NCBI GenBank assembly: GCA_016748015.1
Contig: JAAOMT010000760.1
Span: 634,216 to 698,215 of the forward strand
Reading direction: 5' to 3'
From: Geosiphon pyriformis uo1
Lineage: Eukaryota > Fungi > Glomeromycota
Length of the DNA: 64,000 nucleotides
The first letter of the stretch is position 1, and each line of letters opens with the position of its first letter. The notes below the pieces were generated by a model. The model searched no databases. It was not told where the DNA came from and saw only the letters and a list, made by a program, of their open reading frames with translations. The position numbers and the translations under genes are program-made. Below are positions 52,476 through 64,000 of this stretch, piece by piece.

Positions 52476-53557
52476 TGTGGTAGTGATCAGCATTACTAAG
52501 CAACTAATTAGTATTGATAAGCAAATCTTAATGATGATTATTCAATAATGCCAAAACCCAAGGTATTAAATGAGAAATTAGCTGTACGAAGAAACTCTTA
52601 CCCAGCTAAGTGAAAGTGTCATGTCATCACTAAATGTTTTTTATCTTTTGTGAATTATGGCCTTCTTGCTATCTTTCACAAGCTTAAAACAAGGTTTTTG
52701 AGCGGAATAAAAAATTTTCCCATGGTCAAAAGATAAGAAAAATCAACATTAACAAAGGCACCAAACCCGTGATCACTTTCATGAAAATTGAAAGGGGCTG
52801 AAGAATTGGGACTATATATGTTTTCCTTAAAATGGGGATTTTCCCAGTATTGTAAATTAAAAGATTTGGTTTACAATTTGAAGAGGAAAGAGGATGAGAG
52901 TTATTAATCTTATAAGAATGGTGTCTTTGTTGTCCAAAGTTAAACCGAACTTAACCCTTTAAAAGTTCAACGATCTAGTAATTTCGAAGCTTGGCTCTTG
53001 TATAAAAAAGCATATGTGCAAGGCCGAAGGCATTGAAAGATCCATCAATCAGACATCTCATTTTTCACCTCATTGTTGATATATTTTTCATGGGAAATTC
53101 TAAAATATTCTAGAAAATTGGCAAGAACCACAGCCTTAAATTCCTTTTGAGCAGCAATTAGGCTTTTGACACTTTATTATGAAAATAAAGAAGTTCATAA
53201 TTTAAGTAATATTGAAGATTTCTTAGCTTCATGTTAAAATTTTAAATCAAAGTTTGATGGGTTTTCAGGTTCCCATTTATTTGTTCCTTTAAATTCAGAT
53301 ATTCAATTTTGATATGATATTCTGACCTTGGACAAATGGATCCGTTCAAGTTATCAATTAGTATTAAATTGTGACGACAGAAAAAAATCTAGTCTTTAAA
53401 GTATGGTAAATTGACAAAAGTATTATACTATCTTTTGAAATTCTCAAGAGAATTCCCAAGTGCAAAATCAAAGGCTTGAAAGAGAATCATAATAATTTTT
53501 GATTTCTTTCCCCAGTAAATTTGCAATACCATAAGCTGTGATAATATCAAATATTCC

Positions 53558-54251
53558 TCAATCAGCTCGAAATAGCTTCTCAAGATTTTCAAAAGCCTCA
53601 TCGAACCCCTGCTCTGCGGATTTTCTATATAATTTTATCGCTTTATGGATATCACGATTTGTCCCACGAGCTTTCCTATAGCATCTAGCAAGCGCCCATT
53701 GTCCAGCAAAATGTCCTGTTTCTGCCGATTTATTTGACCAATAAAATCCTTTTAGCTCATCTTTGTCAACACCATCTCTGCAAAAAATTTTAGAATTGAT
53801 CAGAGTTAGTGATTTATTTTTAGAACTTTTTCCCTTAGGGACCAATTTTAATTTCATACCCTTTCCCATAAAAATGTCCAATAGTAGCCTGCGCAATAAC
53901 AACACCTTGCAGTGCTGCTTTCCTCTGCCAACGAAAAACAACAACCATATCATCATTATCTGCAGCCGCGAGAAACAATTGTCCCATCGGATCACCCGAT
54001 TCTGCTGCTTTCGTATAAAATTTTATAGAAAGATCTTTATTCGCTTCTGTCCCGATTTCATATTCGTAACTAAAACCTAACAATGCATAGTCTTTGGGTG
54101 TTTTTGGATTCATTTTAACATCTGCGAATAATGTTCGAATATTTTCTTCACCATCTAGACGTCGTTTTATTTCATCAGCCATTTTGTCGATGTAATTTGG
54201 ATTTGATAGACAATATTCTACGCTTGCCCAGAAAATTTCTTTTAGGCTCAT
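53558..54251 (-). CDS. Sel1-like repeat (SLR) protein, ~203 aa, exons 54251-53860 and 53777-53558
   Basis: Sel1 motifs LLGFSYEYEIGT...FYTKAAESG, AQATIGHFYGKG|DGVDKDELKGFYWSNKSAETG, GQWALARCYRKARGT..DIHKAIKLYRKSAEQG; phase-2 intron GTATGA...GCAG (82 nt). Confidence 0.9.
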
Positions 54252-55999
54252 ACTGTGATTTCAAAGTTTTGGTAGAATAATATATATAATAATGAGATTT
54301 TGAATTTCTGTTACTTTTCCTTGTACCTTAAATTATTATCGTAGAGGGTACAAGAGAATTCCCAATTTCTAAAGTTCTAAAGTTCTAAACTTCTGCATAA
54401 ACCTACTTTATCTTACATTTTAAGGAAATTTCAGTTCTACATATCACATGACAAATTGATGAACGCAATGAATGTATTTGTGTTATATATTAGAACAAAT
54501 TGAAATTGTAGTATGCAGTTAAAGATATTGCTTTTGTTTTCTTTTAACGTAAAGAACAGCACATAAATGTGAGAAACATTTTATGCTTCTCAGGATATAT
54601 TGGCTGTTTTCTCCTAAAAAAAAACTCGAGGTTGGTTAAGAAAGATGCAGTTTCATGTAAGAACACCTATAAAAATTTAAAAGATTGCTTATTTTGTCCA
54701 GTAATTATACTTTGTTAAAAAATAAATTTTGGCGATGAAATGTTTAATTAAATCCACAATTTTCACTTTCACAATGCACACAATTAACTCAGCCCAAAAA
54801 AGCTAATAGGTAGTCCAATTAATTAATAAGGGAATTTCGAAAATTATATGCTGTATAAATTAATGCAAAACTTTAGAAAATAATTCAAATCTCAATCAAA
54901 AATGCTTATTGTGGGGCCAAAGGATTTATTTATTCCTTGAAACTTTAATCAAAATTGAGAGTATAAATTCCATAAGACATTCGCAATTTATGGAATTTCT
55001 ATAGTCCGAATGAATGGTTACATTCGAATTATTTTGAAGATAAACGTTTTGATAAGTTTAGACGCCATCAAAGATTACGCTGAAGGCTTTCAGCATATAA
55101 AAGGTAATATTTTAAAGCTATTTTGTTGAGATAAATTAAACCATAATAAATTTTATTAATTTGGAGTTCCTTTTCTTATTATATTGCCAATATACATTTA
55201 ATTATTTTAATCAATCATAGGTTTTAATTCTATTTGATAGGAAAATATGAAATATGAATGCAATACAATTTGGAGAGTCAAATCAAACCCTTCAATCATT
55301 ATTGGCTTAATTGTATTGATAAATGAAATGGATGACGCGTCTAACCTGTACAGTTTTTTCTCGTGATTTAGGAAGTGTCTTGGATGTATATTTGTGGATG
55401 CTACACCTGATTCTAAGCTAGAAACGAGGTATGTTTCATTATGTGATGTGGTTCGAGGAACCTGATAGAAAATACATATAATAATAATAATAATAATAAT
55501 AATAAAGAAGCTTATTATTATATTTCAATATAATTTAAATTTTGGATTTTTATCCAATTTATAATGGTTTCATTCGTCAACTCAATGTCTCTTATGTGAT
55601 TGCTAAATGCCTTTGAAGCGGTAAAATACTTTTGGGAAGCGTCTCTAAATATTCACCAAGCTTTCATTTAGTGGTTCTTTTTTATATTAAATAAAAGATG
55701 GATAGCTCATCCTGTTTTTTAAAGCACTTTTAAGAATAATTTCTTTCATATGTAAAGAATAAGGGTTGAATTATTTTTATTGAAAAATTTCCAATTTTGG
55801 CTATGTTCACAAGAGCCGCGATAATTTTTTAGTTTGTTCTTGGATTCAAATTTTTTATTTAGAAAGTGATGTTTTCATGTTCGGTAATGAACTCTTAACG
55901 GTTCAAATTAAATTATGTATCAGAATATATTAAGAAATTGTATTACTTAAAAATCCACTGACCAAGGAGCTACTTTTTTCTTCAATTTGTTAAGTTTTT

Positions 56000-58260
56000 A
56001 AAATAATGATGACCGTCTTGAATAAATTAATCTTTCTATTTTTTCATGTTTTGAAAAATTAGTAATATTTTATAATAATATAGCTGAAACTTTACAACTG
56101 AAAAATAATTTTTACTTGGGGGAAAATTTATAATGGTTAACCTTTGAAAAAGGTTAGAAATATATGATTATAAAGAAAAATCAAAGATTTAAAAGTATAA
56201 AATTTTATTTTTGTATTATAATTTTTTAATTAAATAATAGTTTTTTCAAAAATTATAGAATATTTAATAAATATTTGCAAATATTAATTTTAGCTAAAAT
56301 AGTATTTTTACTTGAAAAAACGAAAAATAAAATTGAATTTAATAATAATTCAGTTATTTATTTAATATTTTATCTAAACTGCCCAAAAAACAAAAAGTAA
56401 TAATTATAAAAATTTCAATTAATAGAAATTGATTATTTTTAACCAATATAATAATTAAAATATATAAAAAATATTGTAATTCAAATATGTAAAAGTAATT
56501 CAAAATAAAATTAATCAGTCATATTATTTTGTTTTGATAAAAATTAAGTTCACATTTTAAATAAATTTAAACATTGGTTTGTGCTAAAATTATACAAAGT
56601 CTTTTATTAAAAGTATTCATATATTACTTAACAAAAAATATTTTATAAATTAAAAATATAACAGTATTTAAAAATAAACTTTTTTGACTTTTTTAATTAT
56701 GTGTAAAAATCTATGGATCATACCATATGTTTAAACAATAAAAAAAAATCTGTTTTTAATAAAATAAATATTCTAATATTCTAAAATCTAGTTTTTTATA
56801 CATGATTTATATGTTTTCAAATTCATTAATTGTGTTATAAACAAAAAATTAACTGATATTGATTAAACTAAAAGATTCGTTAATGAAAAATAAATATTAT
56901 ATTTAACTATTGATATTCAATATTTATTTAATAATTAATAATGTTATGAACGAATTATTTAAAGCAATAAATAATATATTAAAATATATATAAACTATTT
57001 CTTTAAATTTTGTGGTTTTTTTTATTAACAACTCACATAAGTTTTTGATAAGATTGAAATTTAAATTGTTGAATAACTAATTAATTGCAATTGGAGAATA
57101 TTCTTGAAAGTTTTTTTCGTTTTATGAATTATATGTTTTTAATTGTTACGTTTAATTATTTTTTAATAATTTGAAATATTTTATTTATATATTTATTTCC
57201 TATTTACTTAAATATAATTTTTTAATTTATGAAATAATAAATTGTGTATTTTCAAAAAAAAAAAAAAAAACTTCATAATTAAATTTAGAAAAAAATCAAT
57301 CTATTAATAAAAATTGGATTAAAATTTTATTTTTGTATTTTCAAAGCTATTAACCATTATTTAAGCTTTTTTCTTAAAAAAATTGCAATTAAATGGCAAA
57401 CAAAAAATTAAAATATTATATAAACTGTTTAAAAAATGTAAATATTATTAATATTTACAAAAAAAAAACTTAATAATAATTTTTAATAATAATTTTTTTT
57501 CAGATTAACAATTTTTTATATAAATTTATATTCTATTTATTTAAATTTAAAAATCAACTAAAAATTTTTGATTAAACTGAATTTTGGAAAGACACTTATT
57601 TAAAATTGCTCTTTTGACAAACAATAATTTTAATAAATTTGATCTTGGATTTAATAAAAATCTCTGGAATATAATCAAAAAAATAAAATAATCAAAAAAA
57701 TAATTCAATATAAATTATAAAAGCTTAAAGTATTATTCAACAACCTTAAAATATTAATTTCCCATTTAAATTAATATATATTTTGATAACATCTACAAAA
57801 TTAGACAATTACAAATGAAATATCTAAATTAAAACAGCTTTGGTATTTGAAAATATTTTAAAAGTAGATTTGACAAAACGTATTTCTTAAATATAAAAAT
57901 TTGGATTTAACATTTAAACAATCATCAACTATTTTGAACAATATTATCAAAATTAGAAATTATATTTTAAAAGTATAATACATTGACATTTTGTTTTTCA
58001 ACTCACACAAAACGTTCATTAATAATCAGATGATTAACAAGTTGTTATATTATTCAATACAAAAAAGATTAAATTACGAAGAAATTTATTTGAAAAATAC
58101 TAAAAATCTTTCTTATAGCAATGGCAATCAAAAAGTCTTGCTGAATCGAAAAATTCATAATTGAAAAATGAGCAATGTTGCAAATCCCCAACAATAAAAA
58201 TGAGTTTCTTACTAGTTGTTTATATGTGTTTGAACTAGTTATTTTAGAAATTATTTGTAT
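56000..58260. mobile_element. AT-rich decayed repeat/TE block (approximate bounds)
   Basis: Composition only. Confidence 0.35.
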
Positions 58261-58731
58261 AAAAATTTTGTGTAATAACAAAGGGCAAAATTTTCTCCAC
58301 GCTGTCAGACATGAATTGAAAAGTAATATCTACGTTTTTTCCAGCAATTAACTCAGTGAGACTGAGTTAATTCGATCCAAAAAAAGGATGCTGCACTTTC
58401 AACCAATTTCTTAATAAAACTTGAATAATCACAAATTTCACGTTAAATTTCTTTATAATCAATATCAATATCACGTTGAGAATAACACAACAAGCGAGAT
58501 GATATCATATTGATATCATATATCAGAAATGATGCTTTATTTGTGATTTTATAAAGCTAAAAGAAGAGGATAAAGAAATCCATGCAAGGATCCAATTGCA
58601 GGTGCAGGATGCAAGAAGATTCCAAAGGAAAGTGATTTCCTAACTGTTAATCGAGTGACATCATTTTCCCATGAATATGTGCGTCATGAAAAAGATTTAT
58701 TCCGATTGGAAACAATTACATTATTATCCGC

Positions 58732-58779
58732 AAAAGTAACAAAAGTAACAAAAGTAACAAAAGCAAGAAAAGTAACAAC
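58732..58779. repeat. 9-bp tandem repeat (AAAAGTAAC)x~5
   Basis: Directly visible; one variant unit. Confidence 0.85.
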
Positions 58780-61554
58780 TTATATCAATTAAGCTCTCAT
58801 TAAATGTTTTTTGGAAATATCTGATTTTCTAAAAAAAATCGTAGTTTCCAAAAATATATGGTACAAATATTTCCAAATTTAAACTTTCTCTTTTATAACT
58901 AAATGTTCCCGTTTGTTGATTTACTAAATTTATTTATAATTTTTGATTTCCCGTTTTACATATTTTAAGTCTTTAGTTAGCCTTTTAAAAAACTTGATTC
59001 GATAACGAAATGTGATATAAACTTGTAATTTTTAAATTGGCTAAAATTACTCCACTATTAAATTTGGTTATTTTTAAATTAGACGTAGATGCAATGCGGT
59101 TTGTCACACCGTTTGCATTTAACATCTGGATTAAAATATAGATATATTTGTGATGCAAGAAGGGAGGACAATTGATTCAATCAATTCACATTTTGAAAAC
59201 TTTTACTCAAAATCTATTTTCATTAACCATGAATTAAATTTGATATTAAATTCAAAAAAAATTATAGACCCAATGAAAAAGAAACAAAAACTTTTTAAAA
59301 GCTTAAAAGAGCAAATAAATTTTACAGTATTTAAAGAATATAAAGATATTTGTTTCCTTAATCATATCTCTATAAAAAGTTTTTTTCCAAGTCAAAAAAT
59401 TTCTTTAACATTTCTTAGATATTAAAGTTTTTTATTAGACAAAAAGTTTTTGATTGGAATCAATTTGAATAGAGTTACTGAATAAGTCAAGCTTACATCT
59501 TGCTCTTCTTTTAAAAAAATCTTGTTATTAAAAACTTTTTTTTACTATTAATCTAGGATAATTAGCTCATTACGAATGTCAATTTTCTTCTAGCTTTTGC
59601 AAATTCTATTTATTAAATAGTGTAGTTTTCATTAAGCTGGTTAAAATCGAATTCAGAATCCAAAATAAATTTTTTAAGCTTTCAATAAAAATAAAGTTAT
59701 TCCAGATTGAACAAAAAAAAAATATCCTTTTGACCGTTGATAAAGATTTTAATTTTAATTTCTCAAGAAATTTTCAAACTAAACCTATAAGAGAAACCAT
59801 AAAATACAATAAAAAAAATCTCATCAAAGAAGTTGCTAATTTTTAGTTTTTTTCTGAAAAGGTTAAAAAAAGGTAACTTTGTGGTTTTATTTTAAAATAG
59901 AAAATATTATACCAAGTTTCGAAAAATATCTTCTTTAACTGATAAATAGTTTTTTTAATGGAAGATACAAACTGTTTGATGAAGTGAAAAGCTTTAATTA
60001 GTTTTCTAAAAATTCAATCATAAGAAATTTGGTTGTAAATCATCACCAACGAAATTCAAAAACTAACTAGATCCTTAAACCCTCATTATAAAGAATGATT
60101 TTATCCAAATTAATTCTCATGGCACATTTTCAGGTTTAGATAAGTTTATCAAATATTTCAGATATTCTTTGAAAATTTCGATATGAAAGTTTCAGGTTGT
60201 TCAATAATTGGGAAGACACTTCTGATTTCTCATACAATATTAGTAAAATTTGGAGTCTAAAAGATCATTGGTTCATTTAGTAAATATATTTTGCATTATC
60301 AAAGAAAAATGTTCCTGTCAAAGGTACCACCCCAAAGCTTGGTTACATTAATTTCTCGAATAAGTAATAAGCATGAAAAATTAAGTTTGTGTAAATTTTG
60401 ATCGAACTATGATTCAAATATTTATTCGGGATAAATATTCTTGTTTATTCTCCATAAATTTTTGTTTTTGATCTAAAATTACTTTCCCATATCAGGTCGA
60501 GCCCTATAATTTGTGGCTTCGTTTCCAAAAAGAGTGTTCATCATAGAAATATTCTTAGATACACACTCAAATTTGTCCCCCAGTCAAGTATCGAAACAGC
60601 TAAAAAAAGGTTGATCTTTTTAAAAGATAAACAAATTTTACCGATACCCGGGCTATTTGAAAAAGGACAAAGCGATTTTCGCCATTTTGGTAGTTTCCAA
60701 AATTAGAGCTTGTCAAAGAAAATAAAAGAATGCTGACTTTCTCTAAAACCTGAACTAGCCTCTTTTAAACCACCTAGGCCATTATTTCATAATTTTGCAT
60801 AAATTTTTTCTTGCTTCATGCTTTTTCCAGATATTTTAATTGAGAATTTGAAAATCTTTCAAATCTACTCAGCCTTTTTATACCATGCTTGCATGGGAAT
60901 TAATAATTCAAATTTTTCACCATTATGGAATAATATCAAACTTATGATAACTAACCAATTTCCCACATAATTTCTAAATGCAAAAAATCGGTTTTTAGAA
61001 ATACGAATATTTCTAGAAATTTCCTTGTTCTTTGCAGATACCAAATTTTTGATGAATGCGTTACAATTGACCAATTTGAAAATTTATAATCCATCAAAGA
61101 TGCAATCGATTTTATCAATCTTCTAAAAAGCATTCATGATTAATATGCAGACACGTACCCCTACCTTTTCAAATTTGTTCCTCGGTATCATTAAATTTGG
61201 AAATGATATCCGACTATCTCATCTATCAATGTTAATATAATACATGCAGGGGCGTTTGTATTATCACCTAAAAGGGTTTAGCTATACCGTTGAAATTATG
61301 ACAATCACCAAATTGAGATTTGTACATATTTATTTAAAAAAGAAATTTTACTATGAATTTACAAAAGTTGACTACCATGCACACTAACCGATACACGTTG
61401 TTCGCTTCATGCAAGCAAGAAAAGCGGAGAAGAATAAAAAGGGAGCAGGGGTGGCCAGGGTATAATTTTTCTCTTTTAAGGAACGATTGAATAACTTTTT
61501 ATCTCATATTCCTTTGAATTTCATCAGTCATTAAAAAAACAAGTTTTCATCATT

Positions 61555-62590
61555 ATGAGACCATATCCTGCCCTAATCCTTTTTGCAACTACCCTTGCGT
61601 GGTCAGCTAATGCTCAGCAAGCTTCTAATACAACCGCTGGAGCCAGTCAACAAACCTGCGAACAAGTCTTTGCAACTGATAAATGTACTCCATGTGAAAC
61701 TACCTTGTTTAATTTTGGTCCACCGAATGATCCAAACAGTACTTTTGGGAAATGTCAAGTTATCGAGCAATTTTCTCTGCGTAATAAAAAACCACAAACT
61801 CCTAATAAATATGATCCAAGTTCTCAATACTATAATGAGGTACTCAAAACTTATTGCGCGGGGACAAATCCTTGTACTGAGCAATTAGCTATCACCAGTT
61901 TCCAGAAGATTGCGACAGATTGTGCCAAGGAATTAAAGGATCCGAATAACCCAGTAGCTCCCCTAGCTCAAAATTTTTATCTCATTTTCTATGATTCTAA
62001 CAGTAATTACAAAAGCTTGTGTTCCCAGAGTGGGGGCAATGGTAAGTTAATCAAAGGCATCACACCTTTAATAATTTTATAATTTCATGCACTGGATAAT
62101 GAAGAGATTTCACTGACTTTCTTTTTAATTTATCTAAGATTACTGCCTTCCGCAACTATCACAAAAAGTATATGACTGGGCAAAAAACTTGACTAACCAA
62201 AACGATCCACCAGTTATCGTTCCAGTAAACCCGCCGGAGTCAATTTACTTCAACGATACCACCTCAGAACCCACTATTTTACCCCAAGCCATTATCTGTA
62301 GCGATTGTTATGTCAAAGTTTCAAATATTTACTTGAATTGGTCGTCGGCGTACCCATTGGATCCCAATTATGGTAAAAATTACACCGAGGCTTTGAATTT
62401 ATTGAAAGCCAATTTGACTAAAACTTGCGGTGCAAAATCCGTCTCCAACTCCACATCGAGCATTAATAATAGCAGTGGTAGCAACGTCGTTGCTGGAGAT
62501 GCCAATCGTTCTAGACCAACACATATCATTCTAACTATTAGTTGGTTGACCGTTACTTCAATGGTTTTGTTGGGTTTGTCGGTTCTTTAG
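61555..62590 (+). CDS. Cys-rich secreted, likely GPI-anchored protein, ~312 aa; exons 61555-62041 and 62139-62590
   Basis: Signal peptide (..LAWSANA|QQ). Phase-1 intron G|GTAAGT...TAAG (97 nt) gives LCSQSGGN-DYCLPQL...LPQAIICSDCYVKVSNIY. Ser/Asn-rich stalk, omega-like GDA, hydrophobic tail. Confidence 0.88.
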
Positions 62591-62949
62591 ATTTTTACAT
62601 GATAATTTAGCTAATGAGATGCTTGCAGTAAAGATTAGATAAAAACGCCTTTGAAGTTTAGAAAAGTATTAAGAGATAGAAATGCTGGAATGAAAAACAA
62701 ATCTATAAAATGATAACTAGTTAAAGAGCTTATCTCTAAAATATATCTTAACCAAAAATAAGGACTTTGAAAGTTTTATCTCAGGATATTCTAATGGCTA
62801 GTTGCCCAATCAAACATTTTCGGAGCACTAAATTTTTGATATCCGATTTTTCAATCACGGTTTTAAAATTACTCTAGACTAACTCGATTTGGGCGGTTTC
62901 ATTACCCTATTTTGTCTATCTTATTTGTTTTTGATTATACTATTTTACA

Positions 62950-64000
62950 TAAATAGCACAAAAAAATTAAAAAACTAATTTAAAGCTGTTTTTGTTTGTT
63001 AATTTATTTTGGTAAAAAAACAGTATTTAAATTCTTTTTTTTTTTAATAAAAAAAAATAATTTGTTTTATATAATGTTTTTAAGACCAAATTTATTAATT
63101 TTTTTAAATTATATAATTTTAAAATTAATAAAGATTATTGTTATTTTAAGTCTTAAAAAGTTTTTTATCAAATATAATTTTTAAAATTGGTATTTAATAA
63201 AAAAATTTTAAATATTAATATTATTTTAAGTATTAAAGTTTTAATTATATTTAAAAATAAAACTGTTTTTTTGTTTTTTTAAATTTTACTTTTAAACTTT
63301 TTATTAAATTTCTAAATAAATTTAATTAATTAAAATAACAATATTTTTAATTTTGCTTAAAAAAAAATTTTTAATATTGAAAAAACTTAATAATAATAAT
63401 TTTTAAGTTTTATAAATAAAAAAACAATAATAATCTAAAAATAATTTATTTATAAAAATTTAACAAACTAAAAATTTTTAAAATTTAAAAATTTGTTTTT
63501 TAAATAAAATTTAATATATATATTTAATTTAATAGCTTTTATAAATTATAAATTATTGTTATAAATCAAAATAATATATCAGTTAAAAACAATATAATTT
63601 AATTCAAAAAAATCTTAATTAAAAACAAATTAAATATGAAAATAATTAAATTAATGTAAACAGTTTTAAATTTATATTTATTAATTTTTTTACAAGACAT
63701 TTATAAATTGAATATAGTTTATAATTGTTAATAATTAACATTTTTAGAATTTAATATTATTTTTAATAATTGTTTATTTGATAAATTATAAAAAAATTTT
63801 ATAATTTTTAAGCTAATTTAATAATTACAGATTAAAAATTAAGAAAAAAAGAAATTAAAATATTTAAATAAGTTTATCTTCAAATAAATTCAAAAAAATT
63901 ACAGTTTTATTATGTAATAAAATTAATAATAATAAATAACTAATTAAATTCTTTATGAATACTTTTTGATTTGGTTTTATGACCAAATTATTAAAAAAAC
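62950..64000. mobile_element. Extremely AT-rich decayed repeat block running off the window
   Basis: Almost purely A/T; only a spurious ORF. Confidence 0.35.

Noticed and set aside
52097-52499. Plus-strand ORFs of 63 and 81 aa
   Set aside because: Antisense shadows of the Fanzor relic.
54960-55470. Possible spliced gene fragment on the + strand
   Set aside because: In-frame stops and no recognisable family.

Overview
Very AT-rich eukaryotic (fungal) DNA with short 68-106 nt GT-AG introns. The gene content (Sel1-repeat protein, LaeA-like methyltransferase, SCAMP, Cys-rich GPI proteins, a DGHE/HDE-type transposase relic) fits a Glomeromycotina/Mucoromycota genome; this taxonomy is an inference. 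I reconstructed eleven probably intact genes by hand-splicing, plus several relics, separated by long, extremely AT-rich decayed-repeat blocks. The main finding is a cluster of four divergent paralogues between 27.1 and 50.5 kb. They share a phase-0 intron, an N-terminal amphipathic helix, a disordered basic linker and a C-terminal ~75-aa lambda-repressor-like HTH domain. That domain resembles the animal POU-specific domain but has no homeodomain. The second finding is a frameshifted Fanzor2/IS607-TnpB relic at 51.9-52.5 kb (minus strand), missed by the ORF track, with a hairpin-rich candidate omegaRNA region just downstream. Also present: two paralogous GPI proteins at the window ends showing paired cysteine loss, a Kex2-type Cys-rich secreted peptide inside the cluster, and a short SCAMP gene. 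All family assignments come from motif recognition by eye and recalled consensus sequences, not from database searches.
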